From positions 124,001-188,000 of IMG/VR virus record IMGVR_UViG_3300005529_000001: DNA of 64,000 bases; one strand, written 5' to 3'. The notes below the pieces were generated by a model. It ran no database searches and was not told the DNA's origin. It was given only the letters and a program-made list of their open reading frames with translations. Each line of letters opens with the position of its first letter. Positions within the stretch are counted from its first letter, which is position 1. Of the stretch, positions 37,432 through 46,842 are shown piece by piece. The translations under genes were made by a program, and so were the position numbers.

Positions 37432-37453
37432 GATGCGATCCTACTACACACGT

Positions 37454-37750
37454 TCACTCAGTGGGATCGGTCAGCGCCTCGATGAACAGGTCAAAAGCGT
37501 CACGACGTTGGACTGCGTTCTGGAGCTTGATGATCCGCAGAGCGATCTGGAGCGTTTTCATGTCCAGCTTCTCTTTGTACTCTTCGATCAGCTCTTTCTT
37601 GTCCTGCTTGAGCGTCTCAATCTCGTTGTCGATGTTCTCAGCCTTGGTCATGAACTCCTTGACGAGTTCACGGAGAGCATTGAGCTCATCCGGCTGCATC
37701 TCAGCAATCGCCTTGTCAACCGTGGGTGCGTTTTTCTTTCCTCGTGCCAT
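37454..37750 (-). CDS. GapR/DUF2312/T4 DsbA-like DNA-binding protein
   Basis: L..LV.E......IDNEIE.LK.DKKE...EYK...D.K.L..ALRI.K coiled pattern. Confidence 0.6.
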   Translation of the reverse strand: MARGKKNAPTVDKAIAEMQPDELNALRELVKEFMTKAENIDNEIETLKQDKKELIEEYKEKLDMKTLQIALRIIKLQNAVQRRDAFDLFIEALTDPTE

Positions 37751-37782
37751 GCTGCCACCCTACTTTGCGGAGCGCTAAAAGA

Positions 37783-38097
37783 TCACTCATTGCGGAACGG
37801 TGGGCAACACTGGCCTTCGTGGTTGTCAACGAGCCGACACAAGCCCATCTTTCCCTCAGAATCATAGACAGGCGAGTTGCAACGTGGTGCCCGTTCCGCT
37901 TCCGGCGTCCAGTTGTCGATATGGATGTTCGGAGCTGACAAATCATTTTCTGCGCCGAACGTGATCGTTGCTCCAGTCACGTTCTGACCAGCTTTACGAA
38001 GCTGCTTGACGAACTCCGCCGCCAGACGATCAGCGTCAGTCGGGCTGCTGTTGTGGTGACACCCGATGCCCTTGATTACGATGGACCAGTTTCCCAT
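37783..38097 (-). CDS. hypothetical protein
   Basis: TAAGAT 6 nt before ATG 38097. Confidence 0.6.
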   Translation of the reverse strand: MGNWSIVIKGIGCHHNSSPTDADRLAAEFVKQLRKAGQNVTGATITFGAENDLSAPNIHIDNWTPEAERAPRCNSPVYDSEGKMGLCRLVDNHEGQCCPPFRNE

Positions 38098-38115
38098 GGT
38101 CACATCTTACTTCGA

Positions 38116-39204
38116 TCACAGCGACTTGATCTTGCTGATCGTCTGCTGGTAATCTTGCGCGATCGGAGAGTTTCCAAACTTCTTCGCTTGTTGTTGCAAG
38201 CTCTTGACGTAAAAAGCCTTCATCGACTTCTTGACGCCAACTAGCAGCTGCTGTTCTGCAGCTCGACGAGCGTTTGGCTCGATCTGGGCCAACTTCTCTG
38301 CACCCTTGATTCGCTTGCCCAGCTTTTGTTGCAAGTCTTGGACCGAGTTCGCTTTCAACACTGCTTGCGCTTGCTTGTAGACTTGCGTTAGGGGCGTCCT
38401 GATGAGTTGCTGCGCCTGCTGTCGCATCTTACGACCCAACTGGCTGTCGTTGACAGCAGCGATCAGTTTCGGGTTGTTGAGCATCTGGTCGCCGCTGGCT
38501 TGCTGTTTATCCGCATCTTCACGGATGACGCCCTCCATGTGCCCACCAAAGCCCATGTCGCCGTAGCCGCCGAGGTCATAGCCCCCACCACCTCCCATTG
38601 CCTTGTTGAGGTTCTTGTCATCCTTGCGATGGGGACCCTCTTCACCGCCCAGCTCTTTCTTGAGACGATCGAGGTAACCGTCAATGGTTCCTCCAGTGAG
38701 CGTGCTCAGCAGGCCGATCGCTGCACCTGGCGCTTTCTTTGCAAGCGAACCGATGATGAACTTGGCGGGGTCATACATGAATGACAAGAACAAGAAATCT
38801 TCGTCCTTGAAGGCGTCCCAGTTCGCTTGGTAAACCTCAGCGTACTCCTGACGGATCTTGTCGATGTTCTCTTTTTCTTTCTGGAAGATCTCGTTGTACG
38901 AGTCTGTCAGGACCGGGATCAGAGTCGTAGCGATGGTCTCAAAAGCGACCCTAACGAGGGTCTGCGCTTTCTGGGACAGCTCTTTGGTCTTGCCCGCCGC
39001 AGTCTGGACTACGTCAACGAAGGGCCGAACGAAGATGTTGTAGAGCTGGTCGTTGGAGCCGAACGAGACTCCCCAGGGAGAGTTCGTGGCATCCCACATG
39101 GCCAGGTCATAGTAGGTGGAATCTCCACCAAACCCACCATCGTCCTCTTGTAGGACCTCTTGGACAAACTCCTTGAGAAGGACCTTTTCAGCTAGACGCC
39201 CCAT
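38116..39204 (-). CDS. hypothetical protein with N-terminal leader (virion-internal candidate)
   Basis: EKVLLKEFVQEVLQED; TATTTA 6 nt upstream. Confidence 0.7.
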   Translation of the reverse strand: MGRLAEKVLLKEFVQEVLQEDDGGFGGDSTYYDLAMWDATNSPWGVSFGSNDQLYNIFVRPFVDVVQTAAGKTKELSQKAQTLVRVAFETIATTLIPVLTDSYNEIFQKEKENIDKIRQEYAEVYQANWDAFKDEDFLFLSFMYDPAKFIIGSLAKKAPGAAIGLLSTLTGGTIDGYLDRLKKELGGEEGPHRKDDKNLNKAMGGGGGYDLGGYGDMGFGGHMEGVIREDADKQQASGDQMLNNPKLIAAVNDSQLGRKMRQQAQQLIRTPLTQVYKQAQAVLKANSVQDLQQKLGKRIKGAEKLAQIEPNARRAAEQQLLVGVKKSMKAFYVKSLQQQAKKFGNSPIAQDYQQTISKIKSL

Positions 39205-39210
39205 CCACCC

Positions 39211-39216
39211 TAAATA
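39211..39216 (-). promoter_or_regulatory. putative late-type promoter element TATTTA
   Basis: 6 nt before ATG 39204. Confidence 0.5.
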
Positions 39217-39219
39217 GGC

Positions 39220-39681
39220 TCACAGAGGCCTAGCGACGTTCCCGTTCTCCAAGTGCTTGAACAGGGCTTCTACGCCCGTCGCGACCAGTGGACGCTGGTA
39301 GACGTGGATCGTTGGGAGCTCCCCCACGTCGAACCACCGAGCGTCGGCAACCTCGCTGTCGGGATCATCGTGCCGCGGGTCATCACTGCCCACCACGGTG
39401 CATAACCAGGAGACAACTGTCTTGTCTTCGTTTTGCGTCAAGCAGCCCACGTCGGGCAGCTTCATCCCAAGGACGACTTGGACACCAGCTTCCTCACGAA
39501 CTTCACGAATTGCGCACTCTTCCTGAGTCTCTCCCGGGTGCATGTGCCCCTTCGGGATTCCCCATGAGTCCTTGTGAGCAAACTGCTTGATCAGGAGCAC
39601 CTCGATCCGTCCGTCGCGCTGTCGCCAGGGCAGCCCGCCGCAGGACATTGACTTCCTACGTTCCTTGTTCTCTGTCTTCAT
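39220..39681 (-). CDS. NUDIX hydrolase (Ap4A hydrolase-like)
   Basis: WGIPKGH..PGET.EECAIREVREEAG. Confidence 0.9.
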   Translation of the reverse strand: MKTENKERRKSMSCGGLPWRQRDGRIEVLLIKQFAHKDSWGIPKGHMHPGETQEECAIREVREEAGVQVVLGMKLPDVGCLTQNEDKTVVSWLCTVVGSDDPRHDDPDSEVADARWFDVGELPTIHVYQRPLVATGVEALFKHLENGNVARPL

Positions 39682-39702
39682 GCTACCACTGTAACCCAGG
39701 CT

Positions 39703-41292
39703 TCAGCTCGTTGACACACCGCCCAAGAGAAGCGCCCAAACGGCTTCACCATCAATGCTGTTGGGTAGGTTCTTGACGAATTGAGCCTTGTCACCGTTAG
39801 CGAGCCAATGGCGCATCTGGGTACCAGACACATCTACTGTGGAAGAACGCTCAATTGCTCTTGTCTTGATCTGTCCGTTAGCAACCAAAGTACCAGCATA
39901 CTTGGGCAGGGTATCAAACCTGTTGGCGTCGCTGGGGTCTGAATAGATGCTGAAGATGTCACGGCTGGAGTCGTCGTTAGCGTGACCCAGGAGCTCGAAG
40001 ACCTTGCCCACTGGCGAGCCCCCGTATACGACAGCAACGTTGTCAGGTAGCGAGGGTACGATCTGCTCTTGCCAGATTCGCTCCATTGCTTTGCCGCTGA
40101 TGTTGTCACGATCTGATAGCGACACAAAGACAGTGACCCTATCGTTTTCCTGTGCAGCCAGTCGGATGATAGCATCATGACCCGCATGGTAAGGTTTGTA
40201 TGCACCAGGAACGAGACCGATCTTCATGGGTGTTACCATCGATGCAGGCTGGAAGTATTTGAAGTGCGCATCGCCTTTAGACATGTTGAGAAACTTCACT
40301 GTCTTGTCATAGTCGGCTTTTGGGATAACGAGGTATTGGGTGGGTCTATCCACGGGACGCACCAGGAAGATGTAATCAGTGAAGAAACTCTCGCTGCCCT
40401 TCATCGTGTGGCTGACATACCTGCAGAAATGGTAGATGCCTTCCGGATCTCGGATCATCTGGTCTTCGCGGTACAGGCTCGGCGTGCCGTTCCAATCAAG
40501 GTGATTAAGGATCTCAATCACGGAATAAAACTCTTGCCAGTCACCGAGGTGCATGTTGCCATACTCAAGGCTGGCATTGACATTGTTGAGCAACCTGACA
40601 ACCCACTCAAGTTTTCGAACCTCTTGGTCAGACAGTCGCTTGCCTGCTTTCTTGATCAGATCAGGCATAATGTCGATGATCCGTTCAATTCGGCGTCGGA
40701 CACGGTTGATGTTTCGCCGAGAGTGAGCTCCCCCGCGGAAGGTGTTGTCGTCAGTTGCTTTGGTTTCCGCAGTCTCTCCGCCAGGTAATGCATGGTCGCA
40801 CCGGCCACCCTTGGGAGGAATTGCACCCATCAACGCATTGATCTCGTTCTCCCCAGGACCCTTGCCTCGTGCGTACTTGACATCAGCAGTCACGGGTGGC
40901 AGGTGCAACCAGGTATGAAACGCTGGAAACTGGAACTTGGGACCGTCTGGGAAGACGATGGGAGGCAGCGCGGGTCGGACACGACAAGTGAACTCTTCTG
41001 GGATCTCTCCCAACTCAATGGCAAGGTCTCGTGCTAATTGCCTGTCTTCGGCGATGTACTTGGGCTCAACGGGATAACGCCGGAGGTTCCGTAGCTTGGC
41101 TGCGGTATTGCACTTAGCTTTGTCACGTTCCCACCGTTCTTTTTCAGCTGCTAGAAACTGGTCGAACGTCTCCAACTTGGAGCTGACATCAACCAGTCGA
41201 TCGAACGTGGCGACACGTTGTAGCTCGATGGTGGTCGGGTCTTCCAGTTCACGGAGAGGTTGGACCCGATCGCGGATGCTCTCAAGCAGCAT
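39703..41292 (-). CDS. fusion: putative PD-(D/E)xK-like domain plus HxGH cytidylyltransferase-like domain
   Basis: C-terminal PGAYKPYHAGH and VSGTQMR; central GPGE...D.......E.K. Confidence 0.7.
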   Translation of the reverse strand: MLLESIRDRVQPLRELEDPTTIELQRVATFDRLVDVSSKLETFDQFLAAEKERWERDKAKCNTAAKLRNLRRYPVEPKYIAEDRQLARDLAIELGEIPEEFTCRVRPALPPIVFPDGPKFQFPAFHTWLHLPPVTADVKYARGKGPGENEINALMGAIPPKGGRCDHALPGGETAETKATDDNTFRGGAHSRRNINRVRRRIERIIDIMPDLIKKAGKRLSDQEVRKLEWVVRLLNNVNASLEYGNMHLGDWQEFYSVIEILNHLDWNGTPSLYREDQMIRDPEGIYHFCRYVSHTMKGSESFFTDYIFLVRPVDRPTQYLVIPKADYDKTVKFLNMSKGDAHFKYFQPASMVTPMKIGLVPGAYKPYHAGHDAIIRLAAQENDRVTVFVSLSDRDNISGKAMERIWQEQIVPSLPDNVAVVYGGSPVGKVFELLGHANDDSSRDIFSIYSDPSDANRFDTLPKYAGTLVANGQIKTRAIERSSTVDVSGTQMRHWLANGDKAQFVKNLPNSIDGEAVWALLLGGVSTS

Positions 41293-41323
41293 GCTCAACT
41301 CTACACAACATGTGAAGCTAAGT

Positions 41324-42139
41324 TCAGCCGCCAGCGAGTGCGTCGATATACTCGAGAGCCTTCTCGGGCTCATCTCCCAACAAGCGAGGTGTCTTCGTCA
41401 CAAGCTCACGCATCTCACTGGCAAACGTCAGCATGATTTGTGGACCAAGCTTCTTCCAACGTGACCGGAACAGCGCGACAACGACGCCCTCAAACGTCCG
41501 TGTGTCCTGGGCTGACGCTTTCTTGCCAAACACCTTGTGAACGATGGTGTCCGGGTCGCTGCTGACGCGGAAACGACAATTAGTTTTCCAGTCTTTCAGG
41601 ACCCGCCCGTTCTTTCCCCTTTTCGTCTGCTTGACTTCAAACAGTCCCATGTCAAAGTCAATGCACCACCTGTAACGTTCAAGGGGAGAGACGCTGGGCC
41701 ACTTCTCTTCTGAGGCAAAACGGGTTATGACGTTTAGCAACACGTTCCGAGCCACGTTCTTGACGTGGCTGTAATCTGGGTGCTTTGGGTCTTCTGATGT
41801 GCCTGCTCGGGCCCACCGAAGGTATGTTGGATCACCCAGCATGATGTCGACTTGATATCCAGGGTCTTCTGCACCGTAACACACAGACACGATGTTGCCA
41901 CCGACCCGACGGGTGTTATGCTTGCCGAAGTGCTGGGCGATGGCTTCATACGCTTCTTCAGGGGTTCCCTTAAACTTGCAAGCAACATCGATGTCGCCCA
42001 TCAGCTGCTTCTTGCCAGTGGTACCGATTGGCTCTGGATCTGTCAAACCTGCCATCGCTAGATCACGTTGCAGCTGCGGCCACTCCCTCTCAAACATCTC
42101 AAGGGTGATGGGTTCGATGGTGTCAAACCTGTTACACAT
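41324..42139 (-). CDS. Pol-beta-superfamily nucleotidyltransferase
   Basis: IGTTGKK...GDIDV and QVDIM. Confidence 0.75.
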   Translation of the reverse strand: MCNRFDTIEPITLEMFEREWPQLQRDLAMAGLTDPEPIGTTGKKQLMGDIDVACKFKGTPEEAYEAIAQHFGKHNTRRVGGNIVSVCYGAEDPGYQVDIMLGDPTYLRWARAGTSEDPKHPDYSHVKNVARNVLLNVITRFASEEKWPSVSPLERYRWCIDFDMGLFEVKQTKRGKNGRVLKDWKTNCRFRVSSDPDTIVHKVFGKKASAQDTRTFEGVVVALFRSRWKKLGPQIMLTFASEMRELVTKTPRLLGDEPEKALEYIDALAGG

Positions 42140-43352
42140 GCTGCATCTCCATCTTCGGGATGTCCTTGCGACCGAACTTGAACAGCGCCATGATCTGGTG
42201 AGCGGGAGCAAAAGCTCCTGTGAACTTGTATGCTTGGCCCTTGTAGAAGAAGACGATTCCCTCCATCGCCGCGGCCAGGTTCTCGACGCTGCCCAGGCGT
42301 GACATCTCCTTCCGCAGGACTGCCATGGCTGCCTGGTGCCCGCTAGCCTGGATTGTCTCGATGGCTCGAGCGAGGTATGCCTGCAGCCTCGCAACCTCTG
42401 CGTCGGATCGGGAAATGAGTGACGATGGCAAGCCCCGCAACACTTCAATGGCAAACGCGTGGATCGTCTTCTCGATAGGTGCCAAGTACTTGGGCTTCAG
42501 CACCTCGTCGCTATGCCGGACAAAGACCTGGATCTTCTCGTGGAGTTCCTTGGGAGCGACACGCTTGATAGTGATGACAGTGGGCGCCCCGGGCCTGCCC
42601 ACCACACGTTCTAACGTCATCTTGGCAACGACGCCGGGTAAGTCGAGAGCCCTGACATCAAGTTCCAGACGTTTGTTGAGATAGTCGTAGATACTGGCGC
42701 CTTCGGTAACGCCGGCAACGACCATCGCCGCTTCAAATTGCCAGAACGCCTTGTTCACGACCGAGAAAGGTAGCGTCTTGAGCTTCAAGCCGACAGGGCC
42801 ACGGACATGCCAGTCCTTGACGGTCACCGCCTGCTGCATCCTGTCCAGCTGGCTGAGCATCAGCTCCAAACCACGGTTGTCGTCAACCTGCGTGAACTCG
42901 TCACCGGTTGCCTGATAGATGGGCCAGCTATGGAAAACGACGCTGTTGGAGTCGTATGTGATGACGTTGGGGTCAGCCGCGTAGATGATCTCCATCGAGT
43001 ACCAGCGGTGACCGCCCTTGAAGATCCACTGACGTTGCCTGTCGCTCAGCGAGTTCAGAGCTTGGGTCAACACCTTGAAGGCATCGTTGAACGCGGTCTC
43101 GACGTTGCCCCTGCCAAAGAACTTCTTGGCCAACGCTGCAGCGTCCATGCCCCCGCTCCTGATGTCATTGGGATTTCGGGCGACCCTGAGCACCTCACCG
43201 TCACAGGTGAAGACGAGGTTCATCCCATCAAGCTTCTCGGTGACCCCCTCGAGTTTTCCAGCTGCCGCAGAGGCAAGCACTTCCTTGATCTCGCCAAAGG
43301 TGAGACCTAGGTTCTCGTAGAGGTGTTGGAGATGGCCTGCTGCGCCACCCAT
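42132..43352 (-). CDS. ATP-dependent ligase-like (RNA ligase/DUF6267-like) protein
   Basis: GAAGHL.H, TEKLDG (KxDG), EGIVF, YKFTG.FAP. Confidence 0.75.
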   Translation of the reverse strand: MGGAAGHLQHLYENLGLTFGEIKEVLASAAAGKLEGVTEKLDGMNLVFTCDGEVLRVARNPNDIRSGGMDAAALAKKFFGRGNVETAFNDAFKVLTQALNSLSDRQRQWIFKGGHRWYSMEIIYAADPNVITYDSNSVVFHSWPIYQATGDEFTQVDDNRGLELMLSQLDRMQQAVTVKDWHVRGPVGLKLKTLPFSVVNKAFWQFEAAMVVAGVTEGASIYDYLNKRLELDVRALDLPGVVAKMTLERVVGRPGAPTVITIKRVAPKELHEKIQVFVRHSDEVLKPKYLAPIEKTIHAFAIEVLRGLPSSLISRSDAEVARLQAYLARAIETIQASGHQAAMAVLRKEMSRLGSVENLAAAMEGIVFFYKGQAYKFTGAFAPAHQIMALFKFGRKDIPKMEMQHV

Positions 43353-43356
43353 GGCA

Positions 43357-43650
43357 CTACCTCGAATCGGTGCTGGTTGGTGCGGGGTTGTCGACCTTGC
43401 CCGAGCGCTTCGCTGATGACAGCTCGCTCTTCAAGCGTCCGATCAGACGTGAGTAGTTAGCCCGCGCTTCGCTACCACGCTTCTGTTTGCTACGAAAGTG
43501 CATCAGTTCCTCGATGCGGCGTTCCAGGTCGCGGATGTGCTTGGTGGATCCGTGCTTCACCCGAGAGCCGTCACTGACGTCAGCTTCCCTGACTTTTCTT
43601 TCGACGACGAGTTCGACGAACTCTTTCAGGGTTTTCTTCGGGCTTGGCAT
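43357..43650 (-). CDS. basic protein with N-terminal leader
   Basis: KKTLKEFVELVVERKVREA. Confidence 0.6.
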   Translation of the reverse strand: MPSPKKTLKEFVELVVERKVREADVSDGSRVKHGSTKHIRDLERRIEELMHFRSKQKRGSEARANYSRLIGRLKSELSSAKRSGKVDNPAPTSTDSR

Positions 43651-43880
43651 CCTGCTTCATCTCCCGCTCGGCCTTGTCAACAGCGCCGTTGAGGCTACCC
43701 CATACATACATCCGAACGTGGTCGTCATCCAGGGTCTGGTCACCCGTGAGCCCATAGTGCTGGCGCAGCTTGGCGATGAACTGGGGTGACATTTCAACCT
43801 CCAGCACGCCGCCTTGGGGCAAGGTGATGCTGCGTTTTTCAGCGACCTTGTCAGGCGGGAGTTGGGGGTGGTTGCTCATG
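43580..43880 (-). CDS. hypothetical protein
   Basis: TACTGT 6 nt before MSNHPQ. Confidence 0.55.
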
Positions 43881-43912
43881 TGGGAACAGTAACCCATTCC
43901 CAAACAAGTGTT

Positions 43913-44677
43913 TCACTTACGTCTTTTCGGGACGATGGGTGAGGGCGGTGTGGTGTCTTCCTCGGCTCCCGCACCAGCCGGTGCAGGACCGCCAGCGGGT
44001 GCAGCGGGTTTCGGTGATGCCTTGCTGGTCTCGCCGGGCCCCTTGATGACATTGGGCTTCTTCTGGATCGTCTTGGGCTCGTTGCCCTTTTCCATGTTGA
44101 CGTCAGCGGGTTGTGCGTCAGGCGAGACAGCGGCTTGGCCGGGCACCTCTCCTGTCACGATCTGGCTGATCCCCTGGAGGAATGACATCAGGGCCACGCG
44201 CTCGGGCTTCTTCAGCTTGGCAACGTAAGTGTCGATAGCTTGTGAGACTGCGCTGTCCTTGAAGGACTTGCCGCTGCGGATCGAGTTCAGCTTCTCGACG
44301 ATGTCCTTGACACTGATGTCGCCACGCTTCAGCTTATCAGCGGTGTCATCAGCGGGCTCGACCTGGTCATCCTTGTCAGGCATGTTGTCGGGCATCGGGC
44401 TCTCTGCATCCTCGGCGCCGCCACCCGCCATCGCATCATCCCCACCAGCGTCACCGCCCCCGCCGTCGAACAGGCTGTCAACGTCACCGCCCAAGTCCGG
44501 TTCTGAAGCAGGCTCATCAGGCTTGCCCGCCACAGAGCTAGCTGTCTTCAGCTGCTTCTCCTTCTCAGTCAACGCTTTGTGCGCCAACGAGCTCTTGTAA
44601 CCCGTCTCAAAGACGTGGCCCAGGTATGCTCGCAACGACTTTCCGCTGTCGATCTTCACCGTACGTTCGTCTGACAT
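43913..44677 (-). CDS. low-complexity protein with N-terminal leader
   Basis: KSLRAYLGHVFET; acidic/Pro-Ala-rich. Confidence 0.65.
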   Translation of the reverse strand: MSDERTVKIDSGKSLRAYLGHVFETGYKSSLAHKALTEKEKQLKTASSVAGKPDEPASEPDLGGDVDSLFDGGGGDAGGDDAMAGGGAEDAESPMPDNMPDKDDQVEPADDTADKLKRGDISVKDIVEKLNSIRSGKSFKDSAVSQAIDTYVAKLKKPERVALMSFLQGISQIVTGEVPGQAAVSPDAQPADVNMEKGNEPKTIQKKPNVIKGPGETSKASPKPAAPAGGPAPAGAGAEEDTTPPSPIVPKRRK

Positions 44678-45057
44678 CACCGGCCTCCCCATCGTGTCTT
44701 GTTCATCGGACGGTCCTGGATGCGAGCCGCGCGCCGGCGTTGCGGGTTGTCCTCGGTCTTGCGATCGATCTTCTGGCGCTGGTGTTCATCAACAACGATG
44801 CGGTCCATGAACTTGTCGAACTCCGTCACCTTGTTTTCGAATTGCCTCTCACCTGGCGGCAAGAAAGACTTTGAAAGATCGTAGTCTTCGTCCCTATCGA
44901 CATGACCGCCTTCCTCTTCTGGGCAGCCCATGCCTGGGATGCACGGGCCATCGTGGCCGTCACGGCCCCCGCAACCATAGCAGATCGCTTCGTCAGGAAG
45001 CTCCATGTCGAGGTCTTCGGGACCCTCTAATCCTGTGCGTGGTGCCATACCGGGCAT
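44677..45057 (-). CDS. hypothetical protein
   Basis: AGGAG SD and TAGTTA upstream. Confidence 0.6.
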   Translation of the reverse strand: MPGMAPRTGLEGPEDLDMELPDEAICYGCGGRDGHDGPCIPGMGCPEEEGGHVDRDEDYDLSKSFLPPGERQFENKVTEFDKFMDRIVVDEHQRQKIDRKTEDNPQRRRAARIQDRPMNKTRWGGR

Positions 45058-45089
45058 GATCTTCTCCTGTGATAACTAGGAGGTTCGAG

Positions 45090-45512
45090 TCACCGTGCGG
45101 GGCGCTTGAGACCAAGGCCCAGGACGCACAGACCGTTCCTGACGTCCAGATGGTCCATCCGTGCCGCCTTGATCAGGAAGGGACCCGGAGCCTTGATGAC
45201 ACGATCGCCATAGTGCAGCTCGTAACCCTGGAAGACAAGCTGTGCCGCTGACACGACATTGAATGCGTCTTCGAGCGTTACCTTGAACTCTAGCTCGGGT
45301 TCGACATCGAACAGGACTGACTGCAGGTGACCGACAACCGCGGTGCCCTTGCCCGAACCAAATTGGATGTTCGCCACGACGGTGACAACGGAACCCTCGA
45401 GCTGGTCAGCTGCTTGGACGATCGCCTCGTCTTCTAGCTCCGCAGGGACCTGGCCCCTGAGGACCTCGCTCATCAGGACTTTAGACGTCTCCGGTTGGAT
45501 CCTCGTCTCCAT
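45090..45512 (-). CDS. hypothetical protein
   Basis: TAGGAT 6 nt upstream. Confidence 0.6.
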   Translation of the reverse strand: METRIQPETSKVLMSEVLRGQVPAELEDEAIVQAADQLEGSVVTVVANIQFGSGKGTAVVGHLQSVLFDVEPELEFKVTLEDAFNVVSAAQLVFQGYELHYGDRVIKAPGPFLIKAARMDHLDVRNGLCVLGLGLKRPAR

Positions 45513-45897
45513 CCTCGAATCCTACAACAACGTTGGGCCTGGAGACGAGGTCTTTGAAGACACAGTCAGCAAACCGAGCGTATTCCTTGTCTAGCTCGGT
45601 CACGCGTTCAGCGGTCTTGGTCTGCACCCTGAGGCTCACTTCGCCCTCATCGATCCTGATCTGCGCGTTGTGCTGGACATCACGCTCGTGGGCTAACAAT
45701 GCGATGACAAACTGGTCACGTTGGTCGCCCTCGCGGAACGTGTAGGTCTTGTAGAGGGCGCCGTCAGCTTCGTGCCACCTGTCCATCGGGATGATGGGCG
45801 CTTGGGGCGTACGCGCTCTGATGGGCAAGCCACCGAGCTGCATCGGGCGCTGCGCTCGTTGGATGAACTGTTCGTTGAGTTGCGTTAGCTTGGTCAT
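45481..45897 (-). CDS. pterin-4-alpha-carbinolamine dehydratase-like protein
   Basis: W......LYKTY.F, QH.A.I.I, V.L...T.....VTELD..YA...D. Confidence 0.75.
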   Translation of the reverse strand: MTKLTQLNEQFIQRAQRPMQLGGLPIRARTPQAPIIPMDRWHEADGALYKTYTFREGDQRDQFVIALLAHERDVQHNAQIRIDEGEVSLRVQTKTAERVTELDKEYARFADCVFKDLVSRPNVVVGFEDGDEDPTGDV

Positions 45898-46445
45898 CAG
45901 TTCTTTTGTGAGCCGGGCTCGTCTTCTGGGTATGTGTTATCAATTGTACCCTCTTGCCAGTGTTCTCGGACAGTCATTGACGTGTCTGTAACGATCCACG
46001 CGCCAGGCGAGCTTGGAATGAAAACGGCGAGGATGACTTTGTCCCCTGGCTTGAAACGCGTCTTTTTGATGGGCTGGAATCCGGTGGGATCCATGTCAGC
46101 CGCGAGATCAGGGTAGCTGATCATAACGCTTGACCCGGCATCGTAGCTGTCACCAAACGCATGTTCGACTGTCGTTATTGCGGTACCCTTGATGAGGGGA
46201 TCGCCGGCGGGCAAGACGATTGGGCACCCGTCAGCTTCACCAGGATCATTTTCAATCTCCTGCTTGTCAGTGATGTGCGTGCCAAGCAACGTTGCCATCT
46301 GCTGGGCGGCAGCATGGCACGCTTGTTCGTTGCCTTTGACAAACCAAGCACAAAGATCACCTTCCCAGTCAAACATGCACGTCATGAACTGGCCTTTTGC
46401 GGCTTCCGCAATCAGAGCACGAAGTTGTCTTAGAGTAGTTTTCAT
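45897..46445 (-). CDS. hypothetical protein with N-terminal leader
   Basis: MKTTLRQLRALIAEA. Confidence 0.65.
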   Translation of the reverse strand: MKTTLRQLRALIAEAAKGQFMTCMFDWEGDLCAWFVKGNEQACHAAAQQMATLLGTHITDKQEIENDPGEADGCPIVLPAGDPLIKGTAITTVEHAFGDSYDAGSSVMISYPDLAADMDPTGFQPIKKTRFKPGDKVILAVFIPSSPGAWIVTDTSMTVREHWQEGTIDNTYPEDEPGSQKN

Positions 46446-46452
46446 CCCAACA

Positions 46453-46842
46453 TCACATCTCCCACTCGTCGCCCGTCCATTTCATGTCGCTGCCACCGCC
46501 AGCGAGATTCGCGACGGCTTCATCGTCATAGAAGTGAAGAACGTATCCGGGGAAATCGGACAATGCATTTTCATAGTATGGGCTATCAAAATCACCGAAC
46601 GCTTGCAACGACCAACGGCACTGATCAGGTGAAAGCAACCCAGGCTCTTGTGGGTCCCAATCTCCCGTCTCTTTGGCGGCTTCTACGTTATCTTTGTAGA
46701 GTTCCAGTGCAGAAGCCCATGCTTCAGGAAAGAACTGCATGACCTGGTCAATTGACAATGGCACGGTATGCTGACCGCTACTAATGTCTGGCTTGAGGGC
46801 TTCTTGAATCAGCTTCTTGAGCTTACCGATTGTTGTTTTCAT
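46453..46842 (-). CDS. acidic protein with N-terminal leader
   Basis: MKTTIGKLKKLIQEAL. Confidence 0.65.
   Translation of the reverse strand: MKTTIGKLKKLIQEALKPDISSGQHTVPLSIDQVMQFFPEAWASALELYKDNVEAAKETGDWDPQEPGLLSPDQCRWSLQAFGDFDSPYYENALSDFPGYVLHFYDDEAVANLAGGGSDMKWTGDEWEM

Noticed and set aside
45082-45091. tRNA T-loop-like GGTTCGAGTC
   Set aside because: No T-stem pairing or cloverleaf; it abuts a stop codon in a 32-bp gap
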